Origin: an uncultured bacterium
GTDB lineage: Bacteria > Hydrothermota > Tepidihabitantia > Tepidihabitantales > DTDR01
DNA length: 64,000 nucleotides
Reading direction: 5' to 3'
NCBI GenBank assembly: GCA_938040315.1
Contig: CALHQW010000024.1
Coordinates: 599 to 64,598 of the forward strand
A program made the position numbers and the translations under genes. Under the pieces are notes generated by a model that worked only from the letters and a program-made list of their open reading frames with translations, did not search any database and had not been told where the DNA came from. Below, piece by piece: positions 38,616 through 48,955 of this stretch; position 1 is the first letter of the stretch, and each line of letters begins with the position of its first letter.

Positions 38616-41600
38616 TTACATTAAAATAATTTTTATCTTCCTTTCTTCTTTGCCTTTTATCTTAATGATGTAAATTCCTTTTGGTATTTTCTCTTTCTTA
38701 AAGTTCCAATAGTAAATTCCTTCTTTATTAATCTTAATCTCTTTGATAACTGAACCAATAGAATTATAGATCTTGATTTCTTTTATATCGCTTCCCTTAT
38801 TTATCTGGAAACAAAGGACTTTTGTTGCTGGATTAGGATAAATTTTTATTCCGAAAGTCTCTTCTAATTTTTTAACCTCTTCTTCCATTATTGACTTCTT
38901 TAAAGTTGGTGAGGTTAAGATAAAGAGCGTATCAAATTGTGTGGTATATGCCCAGAATTCGTTAACATTACCACCTTTAAAGAGATAGATAATTCCGTCA
39001 TCGGAGCAGGTCATTGCTGCACCACTTTTTATCTTTCGGTTATAACGACCTCTCGGGACAGTATCTTTTACAACCCAGGAATCAGCAAAGACATCGTAAG
39101 AGACAAAATCTTGAGAATTACCTCCTTTAACAAGATAGACTTTATGGTTAAAATAAGCAAGGGCAGCACCCTTTGTTACTCGTTTGCCACTTGGTTTAAA
39201 AGTAACCGACCTTAATTCCTTCCATGAATCAGTAGCAGGATTATAAGAATAGAAATCATAAGTATTTCTACCTTTTACTAAATAGATTCTTCCATCACCG
39301 GCGGTTATAGCAGTGCCATCGCCACAGGTCTTCAAAGAGGGAACTCTTGGAACTTCTCGTTTCTTTGACCACCGATTGGTTAAAGGATTATATGCCCAAA
39401 ATTCATTGGTATTACTTCCTTTTGTTGCATAAATCATTTGAGTTGTTGGCTCATAGACCAAAGCAGTTCCTTTACCAAAGCCATAAACTCTTAAAGTTGG
39501 CGCCAATTTCGGAATTGTGCATAATTCAATCCAATTTCTACTTGTTAAATCAAAAGCATAAAATTCCTGTCCCCTACCGCCTTTTGTTACATAAAGCCGG
39601 TTATCAACTGGTGAATAGGTCATCGCACAACCATATTTTACTCTTCTTTTTTTGTGGGTATAAATTGAGGAGTCAGGTAAAGAAGGCATTGTATCCCAAG
39701 TATCTCTTTCCACATCGTAATACCAAAATTCATTAGTATTAGCACCTTTTAAGGCATAAACCCTTTTTTCACTTGGTACATAAGCGATTGCTCCCCATTT
39801 TACTCTTCGGTTATGAGAACCTCTAGGAATCGGCGCCAATTCGATCCATTTATTAACTTCAAATTTTAATGTTAAAGTATCGTTTTCTGGATAGATATCT
39901 TCACTTGTCCATAAAGAACAAAGAATGGTATAACGACCATAAGACAGATTGATTGGTAAAAAGGTTAAATTAATTGAATCACCCACATTTAAATTAGTAA
40001 TTACGGAATCAAAATAGATTAGGTTATTAAACTTATCAAATATTTTGGCATATCCCTTTAAGGTATCAGCATTTAAAGTTCCCAAATTCTTTACACGATA
40101 ATTTGGTCTCACTTCACCAATGAAGGTGCCTCTTTTTGGTGAGAATAACTTGGCAATACCGCAATCTTTGAAATAGCGATAAAAAGAGATTGCTAAACTA
40201 TCGGTTAGTCTATTACCTGGATAATTATGGGCAATTTTTCCTTCGCCATAAAGATATTCCAAACCAATATTACCCGTTGAATCTTCAATACCGACAGAAG
40301 CACTTCTTCCATAATTAAACCTTCTATCACCACAATTCACATCTAAATACTGGACAAGAATATTACCATTTTCTTGTAAGATAATTTCAAAGGTAATTCC
40401 TGCTTTTGGATTTTGATAATTCGTACCTTTTCTTCGCATGTTTTGATAGATAATAACTACTTTTCTTTCCGGCTTCTCACCAATTATCTTGTAAGAGATA
40501 CTGCCGCCACCAAAATCTCTTCCACAAATCAAATCATCCCAGTAAGCAAAAATGGCATTATTGGGACTGAGATAATAAGGAATTTGAGTATTATTTCCAG
40601 TGCCTTGCGGTCTTTCGCCAAAGGCAACAAAACCATCAACACCGATCCATAAGTAATTATAAGTAGTATCATAAAATTTAAAGTTGAAAGGCAAATTAAT
40701 TCCCACAACTGCATTATCTCCCTCGGTAATTAATCTAAATGTATTGGTTGTATCAATCCAACTAAATTGGGGACCACCAAAGGTATCGGAATCGATCCAG
40801 AAATGGCGATAAAATCCGTGGTCAGGTCCGCCAGTATAAAGGGGTGGTGCAATATAAATTATTTTGGTTGCGGTATCATTCGTAGGATTTAAATCACCAG
40901 GAACATGGGTGATAAATTTTACATAATACTTGCCACCTAATTGCGGTTGCCAGTAAGGTAAGAAAGTATCAAAAAGAATTTCGTTAGGTGCAAGAGAAGG
41001 AACAGTATGATAAGAATTATAAACAACATTCATTAAGGAATCATAAATTGTACAACTAACTGGTGCATTAGTAACTGTCCAAGAAGAAACATTTTGGATA
41101 ACTGCCATTGGTTGATAACTAATACCTTTTGGTCTTAATGATAATTCTCCTCTTGGTCGATAAACAAAATTAACTCGCCAATCAGGGAATGGTGGTAATA
41201 AATATTCTTGATAATTAATAACAACCCTAATCATCCAATCACCATTTGTCGTATCTTTCTTATAGAAAAGGGAATCGCCATCATCAACAAAATAGTATCT
41301 ATGAAGAGCAGAAATTGAACGAACCCTATCTCTTGCCAGTTTTGGCGTATTATCCATATCGTCAGTTTGGAGATAGAAGATATAAAAACCACCCGAATCA
41401 ATTGTTAATTGAATTGGCAATTGAAAACTATTCCAACCAGTAAAACCAGCAATTTCTGGACTTTCATAAAGCATTGTTCCTGGCGAAGAATCCGGACCGT
41501 CATCTTTTACAATTCTAATCCGAAAACGATTGGCATAACTTATTGTATCAATATTGAGATATAAATGAACCTCTTTAATTGTTGCTGGATACATTTCGGG

Positions 41601-44600
41601 AAGATACCTTACTCCCATTCCTTGGTCAAAGAGATAAAATGCGGTATCCCGATAAACAATACCATCATCATAATAATAAAGTTTTTCCCAATTGACATAA
41701 CAAGAATAGGTTATTGTATCATTAAAGGGATTTTCGTCACCACCAATTTGGGTAAAGAATTTTACTTGATAATGACCAGTATCCGGAACCCAACCGGTAA
41801 AATTAATAGTTAAGGTTTCACCACTATTAATAGGAGTTATAAAAGTATCACTATAAACAAAATTACCGAAGGTATCTTTAATGAGAGCGATGGTTGTGCA
41901 GGTAGGAATATTTTGAATTCCAATATTAGCAATCCTACAACTAACGGGAATTGGCTTAGGTAATTCAAAACTTCTTGGTGATATTCCAGAAAGGACAGTA
42001 GCATCATAATTATAAATAGTATCGCCATAAAGTCCAAAATCGTCAAGACACCAATAATAGATATCCTCTAAATTACCTTCAAAAACAAAAGCAATCTCAA
42101 CTTCACTCTTACCATCTGCCCAAGGCAGTCTAAAGGTGTCAATTGCTGGGCCAAAGTTTTCGGTATATTCCTTAATTAAATACCAAGCATCAAAAAGATT
42201 ATCCCGACCCATAATCTTGGCGGTATAATTATTTCCCCGCTTTCTAAAATTCATATTCACTTTAAGTAGAATATTTCTAAAAGCCTGGCAATTTATAACC
42301 GGCGAAATTAAAGAATCAGGAGAATCAGAGGTGAAGCGATAGAAAATTGCGGGATAGGGTGATGGATTTTGTGTCCAAGGTGCTTGACTACCAAGTTTCC
42401 GATGCCAATCATTTTCTGAGGTATCACCAGTGAAGTAGATCCGCCAACCAGTTGGTGGTGAGACAGTGCTCCAATTACTATTAAAGTCTTGGAAATAGAT
42501 TGCCATTCTGGTTGCTGGTAAAACTTTTACCGAATCAATTAAGACATCATTATAGTGATACATATCGTTAATCAAAGCGGTTGAACATTTTACATTATAA
42601 AAGCCGCGATAGGCTTGCCAAGCAGGAGAAAAAGTAATTATCCTTTCACTATCTGGTAAAAGTGCGGAAACATAAGTTTTTCGCCAGGTATCACCAATGG
42701 CAAAATAGATAGAACAGGAAACCGGTCGATTGCCGAAATTACGTACCTTTGCTTTCGGGAAAATAGTATTACCTTCATAAAGATAACCTTTGGGTTCTAA
42801 AATCTCAGTAACACCAATATCGTAAACATAAACTAATAAACTACTATCTTTTTTATCGTTACTATTATTATCATCCAAAACCAATTCGGTTGAACAGGAG
42901 ACTAAATAATTTCCTCTTATTGAAAGCCATTGGGGAGTAAAAGTAATTTCCCGAGTAGAATCGGGCTCTAATGAGAATACTTGAGCCGTTGCTTCGTAGA
43001 CATTACCAATTTTGAAACGAACATTAAAGGTTTCTATTAAATTTCCATAATTTTTAACAACCGCTCGCGGAAAAACAAATGTCGATTCTGGTAAGGAATC
43101 AACTGGTTCTAAAATATATTCCACACCAACATCATGAAGAGAAACTTGAATAACTGAATCTACTTTATCATTTATTTTATTTATATCATTATTAAGCATT
43201 GTTGAACAAGAAACCGTGTAAGTACCAGCGATTGCTGTCCAAGGTGGTGAAAATTGAATTATTGTGTCAACATTTGGTAATAAGGAATCAATCGTTAGAT
43301 AAGATAAATAAACCGTGCCGATTCTAAACATCACATCAAAATTTCTTTCTATTTCAGTTCCATTATTTCTAATAATTGCTCGCGGATTAACCACTGTGCC
43401 TGGTAAGATTCTACCAACTGGTTCCAAAATTTCTAAGGTCATTAAGTCATGGGAAATAACATAAAGTAAAGAATCTGCTTTATCATTTAAATTCTCCATA
43501 TCAGTGGCTAATTGAGTAGAACAACTAACTATATAACCACCACGAATTGTATTCCAACCCTGACTAAATTGATAATCTAAAGTCTCATTCGCTAATAATG
43601 TCACGGTATCAATAACTGTAAAAACATTGCCACCAACCGTGTCTATCTTAAAAATAACCGGAAAGGCTTCATCTACATTGCCAAAATTTATCAACCTTGC
43701 TTGCGGTATCGCTAAACTACCCTCTAATACCGTATCAACCGGCTGAATTATATACTCAACGCCAACATCATGATAAACAACAAATAAAGAGGAATCTTTA
43801 CGATCATTATTAGGATATAAATCATTTGCTAATAAAGTAGTACAACTAACTACATAACTACCACGAACCGCTTGCCAAACATCAAAACTAACCGTCAAAA
43901 CTGAATCAGGTAATAAACCAACCACCGAAACCGTATCCTCATAAACATTACCAATCCTAAATATCACATCAAAATCCTCCACCATATTGCCATAATTCCT
44001 CACCAAAGCCCGTGGTACCACCAAACTGCCATCTAATACCGTATCAATCGGCGAAATTATATACTCAACGCCAACATCATGAGCGATAACTATCAATGTT
44101 GATTCTTTTTTATTATTATCTGGATATAAGTCGTTTGTTAATAAAGTAGTACAAGAAACAGGATAAACACCTCTTACTGCTACCCAAGATGGGAAAAGAG
44201 GTTTAACAATTGAATCAGGTTGAAGATTCACAATATCTAAAGTTTCTTCATAGACATTACCAATTCTAAATATTGCTTTAAAACTTTCTGAAATATTACC
44301 GAAATTCTTTATCTGGGGAGAGGGTACTATAACAGTATTTTCTAAAACCGTATCAACTGGTTGAATAATATACTCAACTCCAATATCATGGGCAACAACA
44401 AACAATGGTTTTTTAATATAATCGTTAGTAGTATCTTGGTCCGTTGCCAACATTGTTGTACAAATTACTACATAATTTCCCCTAACCGCTTCCCAACTTT
44501 GACTGAAACTATATTCTAAGGTTTCATTAGGCGATAATAAAATAGTATCAATAACATTAAATATTGGCACAATACCTTCTATCCGGAATTGGATAGGAAA

Positions 44601-45092
44601 TTCTTCACTTATGTTTCCAAAATTCGCTACTTTCACTCTTGGAACAACTGTATCTCGCTCTGAGACAGTATCAGGAGGAATTATTATCTCTATAACACCA
44701 ACATCATGATAAACAACAAATAAAGAGGAATCTTTACGATCATTATTAGGATATAAATCATTTGCCAATAAAGTAGTACAACTAACTACATAACTACCAC
44801 GAATTGTATTCCAACCCTGACTAAATTGATAATCTAAAGTCTCATTCGCTAATAATGTCACGGTATCAATAACTGTAAAAACATTGCCACCAACCGTGTC
44901 TATCTTAAAAATAACTGGAAAGGTCTCGTCTACATTACCAAAATTTATCAGCCTTGCTTGCGGTATCACTAAACTACCCTCTAATACCGTATCAACCGGC
45001 TGAATTATATACTCAACGCCAACATCATGAATCTGAGAAAAAGATAAACTAAAAACAAACAAAGAAAATAAAATTAAAAAAATTTTTTTCAT
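38616..45092 (-). CDS. giant (2158 aa) secreted surface protein: about 10 CARDB-like ~110-aa repeats, a central domain, Kelch/beta-propeller-like repeats, and a T9SS C-terminal sorting domain
   Basis: Signal peptide MKKIFLILFSLFVFSLSFSQ. Repeats of the form HDVGVEYIxxPxDTV....P.A.V.NFGN. NEFW(A/Y)Y and Y(L/V)xKGGN repeats near the C-terminus. The tail reads IKIYPNPATKV...GIYIIKIKGKEERKIKIILM. Confidence 0.85.
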   Translation of the reverse strand: MKKIFLILFSLFVFSLSFSQIHDVGVEYIIQPVDTVLEGSLVIPQARLINFGNVDETFPVIFKIDTVGGNVFTVIDTVTLLANETLDYQFSQGWNTIRGSYVVSCTTLLANDLYPNNDRKDSSLFVVYHDVGVIEIIIPPDTVSERDTVVPRVKVANFGNISEEFPIQFRIEGIVPIFNVIDTILLSPNETLEYSFSQSWEAVRGNYVVICTTMLATDQDTTNDYIKKPLFVVAHDIGVEYIIQPVDTVLENTVIVPSPQIKNFGNISESFKAIFRIGNVYEETLDIVNLQPDSIVKPLFPSWVAVRGVYPVSCTTLLTNDLYPDNNKKESTLIVIAHDVGVEYIISPIDTVLDGSLVVPRALVRNYGNMVEDFDVIFRIGNVYEDTVSVVGLLPDSVLTVSFDVWQAVRGSYVVSCTTLLANDLYPNNDRKDSSLFVVYHDVGVEYIIQPVDTVLEGSLAIPQARLINFGNVDEAFPVIFKIDTVGGNVFTVIDTVTLLANETLDYQFSQGWNTIRGGYIVSCSTQLATDMENLNDKADSLLYVISHDLMTLEILEPVGRILPGTVVNPRAIIRNNGTEIERNFDVMFRIGTVYLSYLTIDSLLPNVDTIIQFSPPWTAIAGTYTVSCSTMLNNDINKINDKVDSVIQVSLHDVGVEYILEPVDSLPESTFVFPRAVVKNYGNLIETFNVRFKIGNVYEATAQVFSLEPDSTREITFTPQWLSIRGNYLVSCSTELVLDDNNSNDKKDSSLLVYVYDIGVTEILEPKGYLYEGNTIFPKAKVRNFGNRPVSCSIYFAIGDTWRKTYVSALLPDSERIITFSPAWQAYRGFYNVKCSTALINDMYHYNDVLIDSVKVLPATRMAIYFQDFNSNWSTVSPPTGWRIYFTGDTSENDWHRKLGSQAPWTQNPSPYPAIFYRFTSDSPDSLISPVINCQAFRNILLKVNMNFRKRGNNYTAKIMGRDNLFDAWYLIKEYTENFGPAIDTFRLPWADGKSEVEIAFVFEGNLEDIYYWCLDDFGLYGDTIYNYDATVLSGISPRSFELPKPIPVSCRIANIGIQNIPTCTTIALIKDTFGNFVYSDTFITPINSGETLTINFTGWVPDTGHYQVKFFTQIGGDENPFNDTITYSCYVNWEKLYYYDDGIVYRDTAFYLFDQGMGVRYLPEMYPATIKEVHLYLNIDTISYANRFRIRIVKDDGPDSSPGTMLYESPEIAGFTGWNSFQLPIQLTIDSGGFYIFYLQTDDMDNTPKLARDRVRSISALHRYYFVDDGDSLFYKKDTTNGDWMIRVVINYQEYLLPPFPDWRVNFVYRPRGELSLRPKGISYQPMAVIQNVSSWTVTNAPVSCTIYDSLMNVVYNSYHTVPSLAPNEILFDTFLPYWQPQLGGKYYVKFITHVPGDLNPTNDTATKIIYIAPPLYTGGPDHGFYRHFWIDSDTFGGPQFSWIDTTNTFRLITEGDNAVVGINLPFNFKFYDTTYNYLWIGVDGFVAFGERPQGTGNNTQIPYYLSPNNAIFAYWDDLICGRDFGGGSISYKIIGEKPERKVVIIYQNMRRKGTNYQNPKAGITFEIILQENGNILVQYLDVNCGDRRFNYGRSASVGIEDSTGNIGLEYLYGEGKIAHNYPGNRLTDSLAISFYRYFKDCGIAKLFSPKRGTFIGEVRPNYRVKNLGTLNADTLKGYAKIFDKFNNLIYFDSVITNLNVGDSINLTFLPINLSYGRYTILCSLWTSEDIYPENDTLTLKFEVNKWIELAPIPRGSHNRRVKWGAIAYVPSEKRVYALKGANTNEFWYYDVERDTWDTMPSLPDSSIYTHKKRRVKYGCAMTYSPVDNRLYVTKGGRGQEFYAFDLTSRNWIELCTIPKLAPTLRVYGFGKGTALVYEPTTQMIYATKGSNTNEFWAYNPLTNRWSKKREVPRVPSLKTCGDGTAITAGDGRIYLVKGRNTYDFYSYNPATDSWKELRSVTFKPSGKRVTKGAALAYFNHKVYLVKGGNSQDFVSYDVFADSWVVKDTVPRGRYNRKIKSGAAMTCSDDGIIYLFKGGNVNEFWAYTTQFDTLFILTSPTLKKSIMEEEVKKLEETFGIKIYPNPATKVLCFQINKGSDIKEIKIYNSIGSVIKEIKINKEGIYYWNFKKEKIPKGIYIIKIKGKEERKIKIILM
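43538..43866. repeat. near-identical internal ~330-bp repeat, copy A (inside the giant gene)
   Basis: Hand alignment. 43538-43772 vs 44797-45030 shows 7 mismatches in about 235 nt. 43764-43866 vs 44701-44803 shows 1 mismatch in about 103 nt. Confidence 0.85.
44701..45030. repeat. near-identical internal ~330-bp repeat, copy B (first CARDB unit), in cyclically shifted phase relative to copy A
   Basis: Same alignment as for copy A. Confidence 0.85.
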
Positions 45093-45155
45093 TATAACCT
45101 CCTTATTATTTTCATATCTTATTATAAATTAAAAGCATCTTTATGTCAATAAGAT

Positions 45156-46235
45156 TTATTGTAAAATTTTAAGTAAGGAATCTCTAACTATTTGAAACTC
45201 TTGAATTTCTTCTTTAGTTAATACTTTATACCGAGCGGTTTTTATTTTTAATGGATTAATATGTCTGCCATCTTTTATTATTTCAAAATGGAGATGAGGG
45301 CCAGTTGCTAATCCGGTTTGACCTACATAACCAATAATCTCACCCTGTTTTACTTTCTTTCCCTTTTTTATGTTTTTGCCAAATCTTGATAAATGCCCAT
45401 ATCTTGTTTTATAACCATTGGGATGAATAATTTCTATTAAATTTCCGTAGCCACCTTTATAACCGAGATAACTTATATAACCATCGCCTACGGCAGCAAC
45501 TGGCGTTCCTTTTGGTGCCACATAATCTATCCCTAAATGGGGACGAACAATCTTTAAAATCGGATGGAAACGGGCAAAAGAAAAATGGGAAGAGATATAA
45601 GAATACCTTAAGGGCGAACGTAAAAATCCCCTTTTTAAAGATTGGCCATTAAAATCATAAAAATAACCTTTATAATAAAAACCATAAAAATTACCAACTC
45701 TTCCATAATAGCGGACAGCAAAGATATTTCCGTAATCATAAGGAATTGTCTCATTATTGATATTTACTAAATAAACCTTTTCCAAATAACAAAACCACGA
45801 ATCACCTTTATGGGATTCAGTAAAAAAGTCAATATCCCATTCCAAAATTTCCGCAAAATTACTAACCAATTTTGGACTCTCACCAGAAGAGAGCATACTA
45901 AAATAAAGAGAATTTTCTATTTTACCCTTTATTACCCTCTTATTTCTAACAAGAAAATAAAAAGGCATTGCTAAATTCCAATAATTTTCTTTTTTGTAAA
46001 AATAATAGGTCTTAAAAATATCTTTCTTATAAATTATTAAAGTATCAGTAAAAACAAAAGTATCACCAATATTAATATTTTTTGTTAAATTAAGTAAAGA
46101 AAAAAAATTAAGAATTCTCGCCTTTAAATCCTTCTGATTAATCTTTTTTTCTAATATATAGGAGGGAACATCATTTTTTTTAACAACATAAATTTCATAG
46201 GTAAATAAAAAGGATAAGAAAAAAATTTTTAGCAC
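45156..46235 (-). CDS. M23 family metallopeptidase
   Basis: HLGIDY, GYGNLIEIIHPNGYKTRYGHLS and GPHLHFEI motifs. GTG start. Confidence 0.85.
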   Translation of the reverse strand: MLKIFFLSFLFTYEIYVVKKNDVPSYILEKKINQKDLKARILNFFSLLNLTKNINIGDTFVFTDTLIIYKKDIFKTYYFYKKENYWNLAMPFYFLVRNKRVIKGKIENSLYFSMLSSGESPKLVSNFAEILEWDIDFFTESHKGDSWFCYLEKVYLVNINNETIPYDYGNIFAVRYYGRVGNFYGFYYKGYFYDFNGQSLKRGFLRSPLRYSYISSHFSFARFHPILKIVRPHLGIDYVAPKGTPVAAVGDGYISYLGYKGGYGNLIEIIHPNGYKTRYGHLSRFGKNIKKGKKVKQGEIIGYVGQTGLATGPHLHFEIIKDGRHINPLKIKTARYKVLTKEEIQEFQIVRDSLLKILQ

Positions 46236-46276
46236 TTTAAAATTATATTGATTAAATTGATAAAATCAACAAATTT

Positions 46277-46347
46277 TTGCCGAGGCCGAGATGGAGGGAT
46301 TGCGGATGTTGAGGGGAAGGAGGGATGAAGAATCTCGGCCTCGGCAA
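46277..46347 (-). terminator. perfect 16-bp GC-rich inverted repeat (TTGCCGAGGCCGAGAT / ATCTCGGCCTCGGCAA) with a 39-nt loop, abutting the clpB stop codon
   Basis: Arms at 46277-46292 and 46332-46347, read directly. T-rich sequence follows on the plus strand only, so a terminator role for clpB is uncertain. Confidence 0.4.
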
Positions 46348-48903
46348 TTATTCTTTTTTAAATTTTATTTCACCATTTTCTAAATAAGCAATTATCCTTT
46401 TTGGTTTCTCATCAAGAAGTAATTTGGCTAAAGGATTTTCAATAAGTCTTTGGATTGTCCTTTTTAATGGTCGGGCTCCAAATTCTTTATCAAAACCTTC
46501 ATCAGCAATTTTATCTTTCACTTTTTCTTCGATCTCCAAATTTACTTCTATCTCTTTTAATCTCTTTTTAATTAAATTTAATTGAAGATCAACAATCTTT
46601 TTAATATCATTATAAGAAAGGGGATTAAAAATCACAATTTCATCAATCCGATTAAGGAATTCCGGACGAAAACTCCTTTTTAATAATGTTAATAACTCCT
46701 GTTTAGATACCATTCCCTCTCTAATTAGTTCGGTTCCTAAATTGGAGGTCATAATAATTATTGTATTTTTAAAATCAACACTTCTTCCTTGACCATCCGT
46801 AAGTCTTCCATCGTCTAAAATTTGTAAAAAAATATTAAAAACATCGGGATGGGCTTTCTCAATTTCATCAAAAAGAATAACTGAATAGGGTTTTTTCCTT
46901 ACCGCCTCAGTTAATTGACCACCTTCTTCATAACCAACATAACCTGGGGGCGCACCAATCAAACGAGAAACCGTGTGTTTTTCCATATATTCGGACATAT
47001 CAATCCTAATCATCGCATCCTCACTATCAAATAAAACCGCTGCCAAACTTCTTGCCAATTCAGTCTTTCCCACACCAGTAGGACCTAAGAAAAGAAAGGA
47101 ACCAATCGGCCTCTTTTCATCTTTCAAACCAACCCTTGCCCTTCTTATTGAATCACATACTAATCTCACTGCTTCATTTTGATTAACTAATCTTTGATGA
47201 ATATAATCTTCTAACTTCTTTAACTTCTCCTTTTCTGATTCTAAAAGTTTTGTTACTGGTATGCCAGTCCAGGAAGAAACTATTTCCGCAATATCTTCCT
47301 CAGTAACTAATTCTCTTAACAATCTCTTTCCATCCTTATCAAGTTCTTCAATCTCCTCTTCTAATTTTTTTAATTCCCTTTCTAATCTTGTTAATTTTCC
47401 ATATTTTAATTGGGCTGCCTGGTTCAAATCATAAACCCTTTCCGCTTTCTCAATTTCCTTTTTGGTCTCTTCAATTTCTTCTTTTATTTTATTAATTTTA
47501 TTAATAACTTCTCGTTCTTTTTGCCATTTACTTTCTAACGCTTCTTTTTCCTCTCTTAATCTTTTCAATTCTTCTTCAATTATCCTTATTCTCTCCTTTG
47601 CTTCTTTATCTTCTTCCGATTGGAGAGAAATCCTTTCCATATCCAATTGCCAAATCTTTCTTTCAATCTCATCAATTTTTTTTGGTTTGGAGGTGATCTC
47701 CATTTTTAATTTTGCTGCTGCTTCATCTATTAAATCAATTGCTTTGTCGGGCAAGAATCTATCAGAAATATATCTCTTTGATAAAACAGCTGCGGCCACT
47801 AATGCCGAATCGCTAATTTTTACTCCGTGATGAACCTCATACCTTTCTTTTAATCCTCTCAAAATTGAAATTGTCTCTTCCACCGAAGGTTCATTAACAA
47901 ATACTGGTTGGAATCTTCTTTCTAATGCCTTATCTTTTTCAATATATTTCCGATATTCTTGAACTGTTGTCGCACCAATACATCTCAATTCTCCTCGAGC
48001 AAGCATCGGTTTTAAAATGTTCGCAGCATCTATCGCTCCTTCTGCCGCACCAGCACCTACTACTGTATGAAGTTCATCAATAAAAAGAATAATTTTACCC
48101 TCTTGGGCTTTTATCTCTTTTAAAACTGCCTTTAAACGATTTTCAAATTCACCTCGATATTTTGTTCCCGCAATTAAGGCTCCCATATCTAAAGCAAAAA
48201 TCCTTGTATCTTTTAATTTTTCTGGCACATCCTTTTTCACAATCCTTTGGGCAAGTCCCTCAACAATTGCGGTCTTACCAACACCAGCATCACCAATTAA
48301 AACCGGATTATTCTTTGTCCTTCTTGATAGTATTTGAATAACCCTTCTAATCTCTTCATCCCGACCAATAACCGGATCAAGTTTTCCTTCTTTTGCCATT
48401 TCGGTTAAATCCCTACCAAATTTTAATAAGGCTTCGTAAGTCTCTTCCGCATCAGGCGAAGTTATTCTTTGATGACCCCTTATCTCTTTTAAACCACTTA
48501 AAAACAAATCAGTACTTAAATTATAATTGCGGAATAAATTTTTTAAGGAGGCATTATCAATTAAGGCAAGAAAAAGATGTTCACTTCCAGCATAATCATC
48601 TTTCATCTGTTTTGCCCATTCTAATGCCGAATCTAAAACCTTTTTTGTTTCATAACCCAGATACACATTATTAAAAGAACTTACGACCGGTTCCCTCTTT
48701 AAAAGATTTTCTACATCCTCTTTAAATCTTTCGGGATTTATTCCAATTTTTCCAAGAATTTTAAAAACAACTCCTTCTTTATCTTCTAATAAAGAAAAAA
48801 GAAGATGAAGGGGCTTTATTTCGGGATTTCTTTTCTCTTCCGCAAGATCTTTAGCCCGGATTATTGCTTCTTGAGCCTTCTGGGTAAATTTCTCTAATAA
48901 CAT
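46348..48903 (-). CDS. clpB: ATP-dependent chaperone ClpB
   Basis: 851 aa with two AAA+ modules ([30 protein letters not shown]) and a long coiled-coil middle domain. Confidence 0.95.
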   Translation of the reverse strand: MLLEKFTQKAQEAIIRAKDLAEEKRNPEIKPLHLLFSLLEDKEGVVFKILGKIGINPERFKEDVENLLKREPVVSSFNNVYLGYETKKVLDSALEWAKQMKDDYAGSEHLFLALIDNASLKNLFRNYNLSTDLFLSGLKEIRGHQRITSPDAEETYEALLKFGRDLTEMAKEGKLDPVIGRDEEIRRVIQILSRRTKNNPVLIGDAGVGKTAIVEGLAQRIVKKDVPEKLKDTRIFALDMGALIAGTKYRGEFENRLKAVLKEIKAQEGKIILFIDELHTVVGAGAAEGAIDAANILKPMLARGELRCIGATTVQEYRKYIEKDKALERRFQPVFVNEPSVEETISILRGLKERYEVHHGVKISDSALVAAAVLSKRYISDRFLPDKAIDLIDEAAAKLKMEITSKPKKIDEIERKIWQLDMERISLQSEEDKEAKERIRIIEEELKRLREEKEALESKWQKEREVINKINKIKEEIEETKKEIEKAERVYDLNQAAQLKYGKLTRLERELKKLEEEIEELDKDGKRLLRELVTEEDIAEIVSSWTGIPVTKLLESEKEKLKKLEDYIHQRLVNQNEAVRLVCDSIRRARVGLKDEKRPIGSFLFLGPTGVGKTELARSLAAVLFDSEDAMIRIDMSEYMEKHTVSRLIGAPPGYVGYEEGGQLTEAVRKKPYSVILFDEIEKAHPDVFNIFLQILDDGRLTDGQGRSVDFKNTIIIMTSNLGTELIREGMVSKQELLTLLKRSFRPEFLNRIDEIVIFNPLSYNDIKKIVDLQLNLIKKRLKEIEVNLEIEEKVKDKIADEGFDKEFGARPLKRTIQRLIENPLAKLLLDEKPKRIIAYLENGEIKFKKE

Positions 48904-48955
48904 TTTTAACCTCCAATTTATTAGATACCGAAAAGCAAAATTAAGATTTATAAAA

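Noticed and set aside
45076-45092. An A7T7 homopolymer pair directly after the ATG of the giant surface-protein gene, considered as a slipped-strand phase-variation switch.
   Set aside because: It simply encodes the common MKKIF signal-peptide start seen in other genes here (MKKLFF, MKKIF). Tracts of 7 are short, are expected in ~30% GC DNA, and there is no evidence of length heterogeneity.
46236-46270. A leaderless promoter for the M23 peptidase gene (TTGATT-16-TATAAT-6-GTG).
   Set aside because: The start codon is GTG, and leaderless initiation normally needs AUG. The gene may instead be co-transcribed with clpB through the hairpin. It was left out of the leaderless set.
46293-46331. A G-quadruplex in the G-rich loop of the post-clpB hairpin.
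   Set aside because: There are only three GGG(+) tracts plus GG pairs. At best this gives a weak two-tetrad structure, and it would compete with a perfect 16-bp duplex. It is not supportable from sequence alone.
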